From Okamejei kenojei (Eukaryota): 64,000 bases of DNA. The notes under the pieces are model-generated. The model made no database searches and was not told the DNA's origin. It was given only the letters and a program-made list of their open reading frames with translations. Shown piece after piece: positions 24,833 to 39,699 of this stretch (positions within the stretch are counted from its first letter, which is position 1; each line of letters opens with the position of its first letter). The stretch spans positions 22,072,001 to 22,136,000 of the forward strand of contig CM069160.1 of assembly GCA_035221665.1 (NCBI GenBank), in the 5' to 3' direction. The position numbers and the translations under genes are program-made.

Positions 24833-25339
24833 NNNNNNNNNNNNNNNNNNNNNNNNNNNNNNNNNNNNNNNNNNNNNNNNNNNNNNNNNNNNNNNNNNNN
24901 NNNNNNNNNNNNNNNNNNNNNNNNNNNNNNNNNNNNNNNNNNNNNNNNNNNNNNNNNNNNNNNNNNNNNNNNNNNNNNNNNNNNNNNNNNNNNNNNNNNN
25001 NNNNNNNNNNNNNNNNNNNNNNNNNNNNNNNNNNNNNNNNNNNNNNNNNNNNNNNNNNNNNNNNNNNNNNNNNNNNNNNNNNNNNNNNNNNNNNNNNNNN
25101 NNNNNNNNNNNNNNNNNNNNNNNNNNNNNNNNNNNNNNNNNNNNNNNNNNNNNNNNNNNNNNNNNNNNNNNNNNNNNNNNNNNNNNNNNNNNNNNNNNNN
25201 NNNNNNNNNNNNNNNNNNNNNNNNNNNNNNNNNNNNNNNNNNNNNNNNNNNNNNNNNNNNNNNNNNNNNNNNNNNNNNNNNNNNNNNNNNNNNNNNNNNN
25301 NNNNNNNNNNNNNNNNNNNNNNNNNNNNNNNNNNNNNNN
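24833..25339. other. Assembly gap (N run)
   Basis: Continuous Ns. Confidence 1.
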
Positions 25340-28300
25340 GCGTGGTCTAGCCGCACTTTACTATGGATCTTCCTCAATATACTGAGGATAACTTTAATTT
25401 ATTTATTCGCCGTACCCGTTTCTCTCTTCAGCAGCAGGCGTTCTGAAAGAAGTAGATTTTTTAAAATGAGCAATGAAAATTGTGTTACTTCGCTATTTAA
25501 AAAAAATCCATATTGTACTGAATATTTCGATGCCTGTTACACTTATTTGCTCTTTATTTTCCCGCGTTAGAACGTGTTCTTGTTTGACCTTCTTGAACAA
25601 CCCGCTATCGTAGAAGGTTAGGGGTGCATCGTGTGCCTAGATGGTTTAAGGCTGAGTTCACATTTCCAAAATACGCAGACATTCTAGTCCTTTGCGTACT
25701 TCTGCCAAAATTCTTTACAATAAACTATAATGTTACAGCTTGTAAAACTAAACGCTAATTACAATGCGATAATATAATATCGGATTATTAGTGCCAAGTT
25801 GCAAATAAACGATTAGAAAAAAAATGCATTAAACCAAACACAATACTGGAGTTAACTTTTCCCACTACCCTTTTCAATCAAAATGAACGCCCCTTCATTT
25901 ACCACAGTAAATCTCTTAATGAAGATGGAGAAAATAACATAAATGTATTTTTAGCTTCTTTTCAGAATGACACGTTAATCCTATTGCAAAGATTATGTGC
26001 TCAGTAGTTGAAGCGAGATTAAATGCTCCAATCATGGCTGACCTGAAATACTCCATACATTTGCTTGTTATGAAGCCCACATGAAAACTTCGAGGGAATG
26101 CCAAAAGGAGTTTCGAGCGAATTGTTATCTGTTGGCTTCTCTGGAAGCGAATTGGTCTGCAATTTCTCTTGGCACTTCATCTACAACTTTTGCATGTCTT
26201 AAATTAAGTTCAGAATTAATCTTGCAATTGGTGGAACGATAAAGTGCTAACATTTTTCATGGCACAGGTATAGCTTACGACAGTTAGAGCCTCGAATGGT
26301 TAAGAACGCAACATCGTTTCCTTATTATTGTTGTCCCTGGCAAATTACAAGATTCCTTGAATTATGTTTGATAGAGTATACCTGCTTTACTTAGGCTGTC
26401 GTCCAATATGGAGATTTCTACAATGCAAAAACATAATTCGAATATACATGTATATTTGCAATTTGTAATGTACTTGCATTGATTTGCAGTCGTCTAAGAG
26501 CAAGATAACTTATTTTCGATTGTTATTGCTCGAGGTTGAGAAATCGTTGAATGTTTTATTTGATTCCTGATACGATAGTTGATATTTGGTAGCTGCAAAA
26601 TTGGCTGCAATTTGCATCACCTGTCGGTGTTAAAACGAAAAGGCACAGCGTTGAAATTCGGTGTGTCTTGGTGTAGATCAAATGGTCCCGATGTACAAAG
26701 CCAAGTGTAACATTGATACCTACAAGTCACTGAGAGTACAATCCTTGAATAATGGTAATATATAATTGTCAGTATGTGGTAGTTTCCGTGTAGAATAAAA
26801 AACATAGGGAATGCACCGTTGGAAGAATATATTTGTTGGATTTGATGGAACTCACCGTTTTCTGCTGATGCGTGAATATACAATTGAATAAAAATGTCGA
26901 ACTGATCCCGACAAAAATACCTGGTTGGAGCAACAGCGAATTACACAGTTACATCTTAGTGTAGTTAATTGCAGGCGTCTTGACCTTATTTTACCCGTGG
27001 CTTATTGAAGGTGAAATCTTCAGTTGAGTGGATTTCATGTGGTTAAATCGAGAATATACAATATATTTTAAAATATGTTTTTCTTTCTCCTGCGGATTTC
27101 GATACAATATTGCATCCAGCTTGTGAAAAAAATTGAACTGTTCAGTATTGCCCTATCGTGAAAGAAAATACACCTGATTGATCTATTACATGTATATTTT
27201 CCTGCATATTTAGACTACATTATAATTGTGCTATCTTAATCAGCATAGCTGGATATTTTGTTTTGTCTCTACCTTTTTCGGAAATCCCAGGTTCGGTCGT
27301 GCCTCTCCCTGAAGCAGAAAATAAATATGTATGCGATACAGTAGAAAAGAAAATGTGAATGGGAGTTAGCAGCAAGTGACCAATAGTACCAAAGAGATTG
27401 TGGATAAATGTGCAGCGAGAACACGGCCTTGCTTGATGTCGTTCTATTCTGAGGTTAAATGGCCAACTACAAATCATGGCAGGTATGCCTTCATGTAGCA
27501 AGAGTGGAAAGTAAACATAATTTTGAGACCAGTCACGTTCACGCTCTGTCCGCATACCTTCTCTCCAGATGAATTCGAAGGTCGTTATTGATATCATCAA
27601 ATGATAGGCACAATTGTTATTGTACTCAGTATTTGTTCATGCAAGTTACATGTCGTCAGGTACGGCGAATGCTCCTCTTGTTGAACAAACTCCATACTGA
27701 AATTATGTAGTACAATTTCGCCAATACTAAGGAAGAATTCACGAACGGCTGCTCTGATCACCTGACCAAATAGCAGATATCAAAATGACAACTTTTACAT
27801 ATAATATTATATTTGGTTCATTTTCTGCAGGTCACAATTACATAATACCTGCGTGTCAGTGGTATTTTCTCTTCTCGAATTTATGATGTAATTTGGGTCG
27901 AGTCGCATCAAATAACAGAGTGGGATGATTATGGAGTGCTCAGTGAAGGGGTTATTGATTATTGGCACGAGAGTTAGACGTCAACATTCTTACTTAAACA
28001 GAATCATCACCTAATAGATACCTAAGCCGAAAATGATTTTATTTTAGATATGAGACTGAGAACCTTTCAACCTCATCAAACAGGGGTTTGGTTATATCAA
28101 GATTTTGTTACAAAATGTCAGTACTTATTGCTAACCTTTCATTATTTTCTGTCGATATAACCAATGTGGCCCACTGGACGCTTTCGTGGGATGGGTTGCG
28201 TTTTCCTAACTTTAGCGTTGGGTATACTCATTGTTTCTGTATTCGTTTTGAAGATTTGCGTGACTGAAGTCTTACTGTTATCTCACGGAGAAAATAATGG

Positions 28301-28899
28301 TGATAACTGACAAATTAATGGCTCTCAGATTATATAGATATTGATCGTTAAACCATCTTCATTGTTAGCACGTCTCTGTTAATTTACTCTTCCGGAAGCA
28401 TGCTCACCATCTGCATTTTTCCTTGCGCATGTTTCTTCTCGTCCGTTTCCCAAAGGTAATTCAGAGAATCTGAGCTTCCGCGGCATAAAATAGAGAATTC
28501 GCGATGCAGGGGGAGTGTGTTGCATACTTCCAGTAGGGAAAGACAAAGGCATAACAGTGGAAACAATTTTAAGAAAGATAAGACACAAATATTTGACGGA
28601 TATCCCAACACAGATTTGACAGATGTTGATGAAATAGCAAGTTAAGCAAACAAAAACCTATAGAACTAATACCGCACGTATTAGAATTGATACCTTTTTC
28701 TTGCTGACCGAAAGTATTTTCTGTTGACATAAGCACAACAATCAAAATAGTAATAAGCACCTGGGGCCAAGGTACTTTGGGTATTACACGTGAAATCTGT
28801 TTCCATTCCATATATACTGTCTTCCATTCCATGCTTCCATTCTTTTCGGTTTAAATTCAAGTTACCAGATTCCACATTTCCTAATTTATACTTCCACTT

Positions 28900-29365
28900 T
28901 GTGGCCGGAAATAATTTGGAAATCGGGTGCCTATGGATTTCTGGATCAGGGTGATTTTTTTCACGAGAAGATGGGACCTGTACAAGCCGGGATGGCATAC
29001 TTAATGGCACCCACGCACATACTGGGCCGAAGGGCCATCTTTTAATCATGTATCTTTAATTTCCAAACTCTGGTAACTTACGCAGACAGATGGACATAGG
29101 TTCGAGGTGAGGGGGAAAGATTTAATAGGAATGTGAGGGAAAATGCCTACACACAATGGGTGGTGGATGTATGGAACAAGCTGCCAGACACGGTAGATGA
29201 GGCAGGGATTATCCCAACATTCAAAAAACAGTTAGACAGGAAGATGGACAGGACAGGTTTGGAGGGTTCTGCACCAAATGCTGGCAGGTGGGACTAGTGT
29301 AGCTGGGACATGTTGGCCGGTGTGAACAAGTTGGGCCCAAGAGCCTATTCCCACACTGTATAATT
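28900..29365 (+). mobile_element. Two decayed CR1 3' fragments
   Basis: TGGGCCGAAGGGCC end motif near 29025; 29085-29365 is homologous to 7020-7270. Confidence 0.7.
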
Positions 29366-29767
29366 CTGTTTCTCTTTGGAGTGTAGATTGTCGTGATGCC
29401 ATGCTTTTTCGCACATGTCATGCTAAAAACGGTATTTATGGATTAGTCACCTTTCCGCTTCAGTGCTTCAATAATTTTCTTCAATTCTGAATAAAATACA
29501 GAAACGCAGAGCATAGATTTAATTGTGAATTCTGGCCCATTTTTCCGATATAATTGATTTGTAATGCATTTTACAATTTAAAAAAGACCTCCCAATTCTG
29601 AAAATAACAAAACTGTCTACCACATGCCGAAAGGTCGAGGGGGTTATTTTAATAGGTTAATCCATGATTGTCATTAAGGATAGCCAATAGGATAATCCAA
29701 GTCATTAAGATAAAACGCGAGAGTGATATATCAACGTTCTGTCGGGATATCCAATGTCGTACATGAT

Positions 29768-32327
29768 AATAGACAATAGACAATAGGTGCAGGGGTAAGC
29801 CATTCGGCCCTTCGAACCAGCACCGCCATTCAATGTGATCACGACTGATCATCCCCAATCAGTACCGCGTTCCTGCCTTCTCCCCATATCCCCTGACTCC
29901 GCTATTTTTATGAGCCCTATCTAGATCTCTCTTGAAAGCATCCAGATAACCTGCCTCCACCGCCCTCGCAGGCAGAGAATTCCACAGACTCACCGCTCTC
30001 TGTGAGATCAATTGTTTAATCGTCTCCGTTCGAAATGGCTTATTCCTTATTCTTGAACTGTGGCCCCTGTTTCTGGACTATCCCAACATCGGGAACATGT
30101 TTGTTGCCTCTTGAGTGTCCAAGCCTTTAGCAATCTTATATGTTTCAATAAGATCCCCGCTCATCCTTTCAAACTCCAGGGTGTAAAACCCAGCTGCTCA
30201 ATTCTCTCCGCATATGACAGTCCCGCCATCCCGGGAATTAACCTTGTAAAGCTACCCTCAATAGCAAGAATGTCCTTCCTCAAAATAGGGGAGCAAAACT
30301 GCACACATTAATCCAGGTGTGGTCTCACTAGTGCTCCGTACAACTGCAGAAGGACCTTTTTGCTCCTATATTCGATTCCTCTTGTTATAAAGGCCAACAT
30401 GCCATTCGCTTTCTTGACTGCCTGCTGTACCTGCATGCTTACTTTCATAGACTGATGTACAACGACCCCCAGATCCCATTGTACTTCCCATTTTCCCCAA
30501 CCTGTCGCCAATTAGATAATAATCGAGCATGCGTCTGCCCACTCCCCCAACCTGTTCAAGTCACCCTGCATTCTCATAGATTCCGCCTCACAGTTCACAC
30601 TGCCACCCAGCTTCGTGTCAACTGAAAATTTGCTAATGTTACTTTGAATCCCTTCATCCAAATCATTGATGTATATTGTGAATAGCTGCGTCCCAGCACA
30701 GTGCATTGCGGTACCCCACTAGTCACTGCCTGCCATTCTGAAAGGGGCCCGTTAATCCCTACTCTTTGTTTCCTGTCTGTCAATCACTTCTCTATCCATG
30801 TCAGCACTCTACCCCCAATATCATGTGCCCTAATTTTGCCCACCAATCTCATATGTGAGACCTTATTAAATGCTTTCTGAAAGTCCAGGTACACTACATC
30901 CACTGGCTCTCCTTTGTCCATTTTCCAGGTTACATCTTCAAAAAATTCCAGAAGATTAGTCAAGCATGATTTCTCCTTCGTAAATCCATGCTGACTCGGA
31001 TCGATCCTGTTACTGCAATCCAAATGTTCGGCTATCTCATCTTTTATAATTGAGTCCAGCATCTTCCCCACCACCGATGTCAGGCTAACTGGTCTATAAT
31101 TCCCTGTTTCTCTCTCCCGCCTTTCTTAAAACGTGGGACAACATTAGCTACTCTCCAATCAGCAGCAGACTGTTCACTCTGCTGCCCTCCAGCAAAATAT
31201 ATCGTAGCATAAGGAGCAGAACGTCAAGGTTTTGCAACAGCTTCTTCCCACGAGCCATCAGACTCCTGAATAGCATGTAATGGGCTGCCACCATTGTCTA
31301 TTTTATCTATTTACCCATTTTATATTTTATCCATTTATCCTTCTCTTATCTCGTTGCACGGGGAGCCAAATGCAACGGAATTTCGTTTGGAATTGCGTAT
31401 ATTGATGTATTGCTAAATGATAATAAACTTTGATTGATCCACAGGGACTTATCCTGAGTCTGTAGAACATTGGAAAATTATCACCAATGCATCCAAGATT
31501 TCCAGAGCCACTTCCTTAAGTACCCTGGGATGCAGACCATCAGGCCCTGGGGATTTATCAGCCTTCAGTCCCATCAGTCTATTCAACACCAATTCCTGCT
31601 AATGTAGATTTCCTTCAGTCCCTCTGTCACCCCTGATCCGCTGACCATTACTATATCGGGAAGACTGTTCGTGTCGTCCTTAGTGAAGACAGATCCAAAG
31701 TACCTGTTCAACATCTGCCATTTCCTTGTTCCCCATAATAAATTCACATTTTTTGGTCTTCAAGGGTCCAACTTTGGTCTTAACTATTTTATTCCTCTTC
31801 ACATACCTAGGGAAGCTTTTACTATCCTCCTAGCTTACCTACGTACCTCATCTTTTCTCCCGTATTGTATTTTTGGTTATATTCTCTTGTTCTTTAATCA
31901 TCATCCAATCATCTTGCTTCTCGCTCATCTTTGCTACGTTGTACTTCTTCGCTTTAATTTTTATACTGCACTTGGCGTCCCTTGTCAGCCATGGTCGTCC
32001 CTTTCTCCCCTTGGAATCTTTCTTCCTCCTAGAAATGAACTGATCATGCATCTTCTGTATTATTCCTACAAACACCTGCCATTTTTTTCCACTGTCATCC
32101 CAGCTAGTATATATTTCCAGTCAACTTTGGCCAGCTCCTCCCTCATGGCCCCGTAGTCCCCTTTACTCAACTGCTACACTGACACCTCCGTTCTTCTCTC
32201 TCTCCAATTGTAGATAAAACCCGACCTTGTTATGGTCACTGCCTCATTAGCCTCGAGGTCCTTTCTCAAATCCGGTTCATTACATAACACTAAATCCAGA
32301 TTTGCCTTCTCCCTAGTAGGCTCCAAT
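29768..32327 (-). mobile_element. CR1 LINE ORF2 (RT and 3' end), decayed, with a nested Rex1 fragment
   Basis: QHGFTKEKSCLTNLLEFFE, VVYLDFQKAF, TSGVPQ, FTIYINDLDEG, SKFSVDTKLGG, LYGALVRPHL; (AATAGAC)n tail at 29768. Confidence 0.95.
31161..31436 (+). mobile_element. Rex1/Babar 3' fragment nested in the CR1
   Basis: LFTLLPSSKIYRSIRSRTSRFCNSFFPRAIRLLN; (TTGA)n tail; CR1 resumes after a duplicated ATC. Confidence 0.85.
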
Positions 32328-32559
32328 GACGTGGCTCATACTTGACATCTCGACAGTGACTAGCAGTGCATGATTTGGATATTGTCTGGCCGAAAATACC
32401 TTTTGCAGTATACCGGGTATCCTACAACAAATGCCTAGGCAGTTGGATCGCAATGTTAGGATTTTTTCTTAGGTTGTCGTGATGCTTTATTCGCCCGGAT
32501 TTGCTTTACTTGGTCAACTTTGAATTAATTTACCTTCAGCAAAAACAAACATAACTCAA

Positions 32560-32760
32560 GTGGTCAGGCGCTGAGGAGGAACTCAGCGGAAACAGGTAAT
32601 CAGGAAATAGATAGGCGACGTTTTGGTTAGGGATCTTTCTTCAGACTGCCAATGTTAGGGCCCGGACACATCATCAGAAGGATTCCCTCTACGGATGATG
32701 CCTGACTCGCTGAGATCTTCTAGTAGTTCGTCATTTGGTCAAGATTGAAGCATCCGTAGT
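32560..32760. mobile_element. Decayed inverted pair of PLE ends
   Basis: GGAACTCAGCGG...GACGTTTTGG...TTCTTCAGACTG on the minus strand, then GATGCCTGACTCGCTGAG on the plus strand. Confidence 0.55.
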
Positions 32761-34066
32761 GTTTACGGTTTACATAATAACACACCTTCCTCCTTTTCGC
32801 TAAGTACGGCTTCTGAAAGAAAATAATGCAGGGGGGAGAAAAATGTCAGCAATCCTCCAAATATGTCGATTTTCTTCCCCGTTGTCGGGGGCGTTGGCTA
32901 CAACGTACGTATTAAGTTACAGCATTCATAAGTAAAATAACCTTACTATGATATCTAACCAGACAATCGTTTGGCATCGTTAGTAGCTAGTTGACAATAT
33001 GCGGGGATGTTTTCCCCTTATGCCTTTACTTCTGTTACGATTTGTGGACATGCGTGTCTTTGAGAAAATGCTACAATAGAAACACAATCATATAAAGCAC
33101 GTATTAGTAATATTTGAATATCTCCCTCCCCGCATTAGTGATGTTACCCTTTACGTCTTACCTGCATTTTTTAAACTGTCCACCAAGTCTGCGATATCTG
33201 CAATGCACAGATATGACACTTGAAATGTATGCCCAAAGTCTATAGTTGTACTACCCATTGAATGGAACCCTGGATACCGAATTTGCATTGATCATTGCTC
33301 ACATTGCAAAACTTTAAAGCGAATTTACATTCAAAATAATCAGAACTAATATTGGATTAAAAGGTAAAATTAACTGTCATAACGAAACGGAGTCTTTGGC
33401 GGCATATGTTCGATAATACCGTTTTCATCACGAGGGTTAATGAAAACATTGTTTATTGATAACAGAGAAAAATAAACCTTGTTTTGAGGAAGGGTGAGAG
33501 TTTTATCTTTAAATTATTGAGCGCATAATGAAAGTCCAATGTTACACATTTAACCAATGCACCGACAGATGACAATGTGTAATGGCGTCATTCGTGCTCT
33601 CTTGCTCTGAACTAAAATGCACAATGTGCACCAGCTAAAAAACGATCTTACTCTATCTTTATGCCTTATATCTCAAATTTAGGATGGAGCCTCGTGAAAA
33701 TAATCGTCTCACTTTTCTGGCGTAATTCTATCACCATAACTTAAGAGTTATGTTATGGCAAAATTGGAATAGAATCGTACATAATTGTGTAGGACGACCC
33801 AGATAAGGACCGATTCCAAAAAATAAGCAGAATTCAGAACTTAAAAGTACCAACATAGCAATAAATTCTAGATATTTTAAGAGGATCAGGAAATTAGCAT
33901 TTCGGTCAACATCTGCTCAGAAAAATGATCACTTGACTACATTGTTGCAATAACCCAATTTCTTCACTGTGTTACAGTTTCCAAGCAACTGGGAATTCTG
34001 ATCTCCTAAGCATACTACTACATAGTCATAATGCTACGGGGAGCACAATAACATACATTATGTACA

Positions 34067-34802
34067 CCGGGTGGCGCCGTCATCTATGGCAGCCTCACCA
34101 TGTGTCTGTCTTTTCGTCTTTTTCTTAAATTATTTTTAGTGTGTTTTAAAGGTATGTTTTCATGTCATCTGGTTTGTTTTACGTGGGGGGTGGGGGAGGG
34201 GGTCGGCGGAAACATTGTTCAATCTCTTACCTTACCGGAGATAGGATTATGGCGCCCTTGCTCGAGACTGACTATGAGCCACACCGCGGGGCCGTTGCCT
34301 TAATACCGGAGCCTACAATCCCTTACCTGGGATTGACGCTCCAACCGCGGCCTGCGGATTTCAACATCGAGGAAATCGCCGTCTCGGGTAGAGGCTGATG
34401 TCGAGAAGTTTCAAAGTCGCAGGAGGTTCGACTAGACCCGACCCGGGATCTGATCGCCGGGCGCGGGAAAACTGAGATCATCCCGATGTGGGAGCGTGAT
34501 CGCCCCGACGCGGAGGGCTTGACCGCCGGTTGCGGGAGCCAAGATCGCCCCCGACAACGGAAAGTACGAGTGCCCCAACCGCGGGAAAACCAAAAGGGGA
34601 AGAAGTTTGAACTTGTTTTGCCTTCCATCACGGTGCGGAACGTGGATGAGTCACTGTGGTGGATGTTCATGTTAAAAATATATTTGGCTGTCTTGTTACT
34701 CTTTATTGGTAGTACTGTATGGCAAATCAAATTCCTCGTATGTTGCAAACATACTTGGCTAGTAAAGTACTATTATGATTATAATTATGGTAATTATGAT
34801 TA
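34067..34802 (+). mobile_element. Non-coding GC-rich interspersed element related to 10295-11022, with a (TTATGA)n-like tail
   Basis: Same block order as the 10.3-kb copy; ends GTATGGCAAATCAAATTCCTCGTATGTTGCAAACATACTTGGCTAGTAAAG plus microsatellite. Confidence 0.7.
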
Positions 34803-36854
34803 AGACATTTCTCTTCTCGATTCCGGATTTCTGATATAGGCGTACACTTTTGGTGACCAATAAAGGTTTGGTAACATAAAGCGACATACATTCGCTGATG
34901 TGGTGAATCTTAATTACTTTAATTGACTGTCTCACACTGAAGCTGATCCTTCGGCAATACACCAAAAAATGCTTATGTTGTATATTGTACAGAATACTTC
35001 AATGCACCTCGATCTACTGAAGCTACACTGGCATCGAAACAATGGTAGTATTTTGGACAGAGGTCATCCTTGGATAGTATCGGCATTGGGCATAACTGCA
35101 CGTGATCTATTCGGGCACTCTTTTGGTGGATATCACAAATTGATAAATTGCCATGATGAATCGTATACGTTAAAGCAAGCAATCCTGAAATCGGAAGCAC
35201 AGCGGATAGTTAAAGTTGAGAGGTGGTTGTGGGGAAGTGGGGAAGTGGTTGTGGAGAGGTGGTTGTGTGTTAGTCTTGATAATCAATATATTCTATTGGT
35301 TAATATGTAAACAGACGTTAATTCATGGGGTAGATTTTATTCTCTCAGATAAACAGTAGCGAGATCCGCCGCTGGCTTTTCGAATGCTGTTCAGATTTTC
35401 ATTGCAAACTCGGACAACTCAAGACATCATTCTATGAAATCTGGACCACATTTTATTTTAAAACTTGTTTTGCTGCGTTGTTTTGATAAACACTATTTGA
35501 TTTTTATTTGCAATATTTATGGACGTTATTCAAAAACTATCTTAAGATAGAAATTGCAACGGATTTTAAAAAACAAGATTGCACGACAAATAGTACGAAC
35601 TTTTAACAGATACTAGTGAATCATCCACACCTAATTACCTTTTGCGTTAAAGGATTTGAACTTTCGTTCATGTCCAATGTGCAAGTCATCTTTCTTCTTT
35701 TCATCACCATCTTCTGGTTCCGTGTTGATATATTGATCAGACGGTGCTGCCATTGCTGTGTAAAAATGAAAATGTACTGTGTTAGGTTACAATGGAAATA
35801 TTATGATTCTCTTCCTTTCTTCTCGTTTTTTAAGTATGGAACCGAAAAGAGGTGAAAAATGTTATGTTCACTCAGTAGGTTTTTGTAGGCCCAAAGCGAA
35901 AGGCACATTTTTGGGCAACATTTTAAACAATGTGCTGAAAACAAAGATTATGTAACAATTGTATTCCTGTTGTTCCGGCTAGCTGTTTTAGTTTGAAACA
36001 TTATATATCCTCGACACAACAATGAAGAGAAACACAGATAATAAATGGAAAATAACGGCTGACACCACTTACTCCATCGTACAAAGTGAAAATAGTTTTA
36101 TGTTTATATTTTGTTAGTATTTCATCAAATCGCCAAATTTGTTTGATAAATGTGCCATTGTAATATTAATAATAGTTTCCTAATATAAATGCAAAGTACA
36201 ATTATGAGGAAAGAATTCAATCTAATCTTGGCTTGCAATGATGTATTCCCAGTGAGTAAAAATTCAGCAAAGCAGCCCTTATGCTGTGCTAAGAAAAGTA
36301 CAGAACAGATACATCGATTACATAATTCAACGTATCTGTGCCAGCAAAAGCTACCACATCTGTTTCAGAAGTAAGAATTATAATGAGAAAAGTAAACAAA
36401 GTGTACCTCGTTCTTCCAATGAACTTCGTTTGTAAATCGCGAGCAATGGGTAAAACAGTGGTTATATTCACAACCGCAATTCCATATATATGTAAACCCT
36501 GAAATTCCATTGAAATACTTCATCAGATACGAATCGAACTTGCAACATTTTTAACGTAAAATTGTTGCAAACACCAGGAGGAAATGTAGTAAATGTATCA
36601 AACGATGAACAGTAATATTCATGGTCACTTCCCGTCTGTTGCAAATGGAAAATAAAACAAAGTAGAAATGCTAACACATTTCCTATACTGATTTTCAATT
36701 TAAGACGTTAAATCTAGAGATTTATTGTTATAGTCTTGTGTAGTCTATGGTACAAAGTGAATTTACAGAAAACTCTGCTTTACGTGTCGAATAGGTCAGG
36801 AGGACACATTCTTGGAAACAATGCTGAATACAAGATTCAACTGTCAGCTCCTTA

Positions 36855-37712
36855 TGCCAGTCATATACAGTAGAATCAAACTCTACGGCCAAAGTTGCCC
36901 ACAATGACCATCGTGTCCCATCCACACTAGTACCATCTGGCTGAGTTTGACCCATACATTTCCAAACATCTCCTATCCCTGTACCTGTCTACTGTAAATG
37001 TTCCATAAACGATGCGAAAATACCTGCAACAACTACCTCCTCCGTCAACTCGTTACCTACTCCCATTACCCTTTCTGTGAAAAAGGTTCCTATTTCATCT
37101 TCCCCCTCGCCTTAAACCTATGTATTATGGTTTCGCGATTGCCCTACGCTAGGGAAGAGACCCTTTGCGTGTATATGTTCTTCTCGTGATTTTCATAAGG
37201 TCGCCGCTCATCCTCCTGCACTCCAAAGAAGTGAGTCCAAGCCTGCTCAACCTTTCCGAATAGCTCAGGCATTCGATCCCCTGCAACATCCTTGTACATC
37301 TTCTCTGCACCCTTTCCAATTTGACACCATCTTCCCTATAACATGGTTCCCAGATATGAACACTACACTCTCAATGCGACCTCACCAACGTCCCATATAA
37401 TGGCAAAATGAACGCCCAATTGTTATACTTAGTATCCTGACGGATAAAGGCCAATGTGCCAAAATACTTTTTGACCACCCAGTCTTCCTGTGAAGTACTC
37501 TACCATTCGTTGTGTAGGTCCTGTCATGCAAGTCTCTCCAGAAAGTAAAATATTTCTGTATTACATTCTATCAACCATGCCTCAGCCCATCTCGCTAAAC
37601 TTTCAAGATCCTGCTGCAATTTGTGCCAATCACCTTCACCATCTACAACACTACCCAATTCCGTGTCATCTGCAAGCGTGCTAATCATACCATGTCGTTT
37701 CTCATCCAAATG
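36855..37712 (-). mobile_element. Old CR1 3' portion
   Basis: ISTLADDTELGSVVDGEGDWHKLQQDLESLARWAEAW (FADDTK motif) and CR1 3' UTR similarity. Confidence 0.8.
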
Positions 37713-39699
37713 AATTACGCATATTTATGAATATGGGCAATATTCCACGCGTTGCTCGCAATTCGCCAAGTTGTTTAAGGTGGGAATGAAAGTCTAAGAA
37801 TACGATCGAATAAAATTAAAATCAAAATAAATGGTATTTCAGAGGAGAGAGAGGAACAAAAGGTGAGAGGATGGAATTCGTCTCACACCATGAATTAAAA
37901 CGAGTACTCGTAGATTGAGGCACTTTTGTGTGCATTACCCAATGTGTAAATCGTTGTTTATCTGGAAGATATTTGTGAATTACCAGTATTTATTGTAAAC
38001 GTTAGTAGAGAATAGCGGTACGTTTCCTTATCGCATTTGAAATGCTCGATGACTTTCTATCCGGTGTGATTAACCAGCAGGTAGCAGCGACGAACACTGC
38101 AAAGTTAGGCATATAGAAATCGGATAGTGCTCAAGATATCATCCAGTGAGGAGAAAAAGATAAGCCAATTACTCGGGCTAAAACGCACATTTTTTACATT
38201 AATTTGTGGTGCATTCTAAATGCATTTTCTTGACAGAGCAAGCTACCGAGTTCATTGCCACTATATTGACTGTACTGTATTCATTTTCATTCAGCACAAT
38301 TTGACCTATTCTGCCAACAAAATGCTATAGGTTGTTTTGTTTTTTCAAGAAGATGCAGGTAGCCTCGGCATTTGAATAAGATGCAAACGTCTCGCCTTTC
38401 TGCTGGTTCCTAATAACTGAAGGTGGAACGATATTGCACACTAACCCGTCTTTCAGAGGGGTATGCACTATGCAAGTGGCAACACCACCCTTTGTAGGTG
38501 ATGCTTGAAATAATCACTGGCTGAACAACTGCTGTTATTCATTGTCTTTTGCTTTCACGAGAGGATGCACTTTCTATAAACCCAAACTGTATTGATATTA
38601 ATGGTTATTTTTTTATTCACAGTGGACTTCGGATAGCTGTTTCGACGAGGCTGTGTCAATTGGTGATTATCCGCTCCCCGAGATGTTTGAAGGTATTAAT
38701 TGCACTGAACTCACTGCAAGCTGATTACAATTACTATTACAATTCTAAAAGTCTGATTAGTGACAGACGTAATAGCAACGAATTGTATAAATGTTGCATT
38801 GTTCTAGTTATGCTTAAATTCGTCTTTTCATTGGTAAATTCTCAGATAATATAAGCAATTTTGAAATGCTTTAAATTTGGTTTCCTATATTAACATATTG
38901 TTTACCTTGGCGTTCAGTTACAGGCGGCATGCCGCAAAGCATTACCGCTTACGGCTATTTCGCTCGAGGCAAGGGATCTCACCAAATTCCACAATGCAGC
39001 GAATGTTAGTCTCTTATACAAATTAGGTAAAGAAGATGAAATATACTGTCGACAACTCTGAATGACGAGAATTCCATTTCATTAATGTCAGTGAGCTGTC
39101 GTGTAATCCATTGTCATTGCAAAGGCTGGTTCGAACCACGAATATTTACGCCCGGTGATGATTTTAAACTATCAAATCGAGCAACACGAGAATGTTTGGA
39201 CTATATAAATGTGCACGGTTCTCTCTCATATTTAGACACACAACAGTCTTAATGTCCCCTTACCTTCTCGATCGTGTACACCCCAATTACGTACCTATCG
39301 TCCTCCAAAGGTCTTTGAAGTATACTGAAGTACCCGACGTATTCGATTCTTAAATATATAAATGAAACAAAGGCAGATTCCTTTCGAGTTTGTCATTTGC
39401 GGAGCTCAATTGTTTTACAACATGTAGCAAAATATATTGCAAGTTCACATTTTATTCCAGGAAGTAAATCCCGAATGTGTCCACGTGTGTGATTGTGTTC
39501 ATGGTCACGCTAGCTCCATTGACAATTACATAAGTATAAATATATTGACATTTTTTCCATTATTTTACAATTTATAACTTGCATAGCACACAACGGTTTA
39601 ATAAATGAACCTTAAAGAAATTGCATAATTGTTTATATGATCCGAGTTAATATAAATATTACGCATTACATTATATTACAAATATTACATTATGTATAA

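Noticed and set aside
24748-25377. 209-aa ORF
   Set aside because: Spans the N gap
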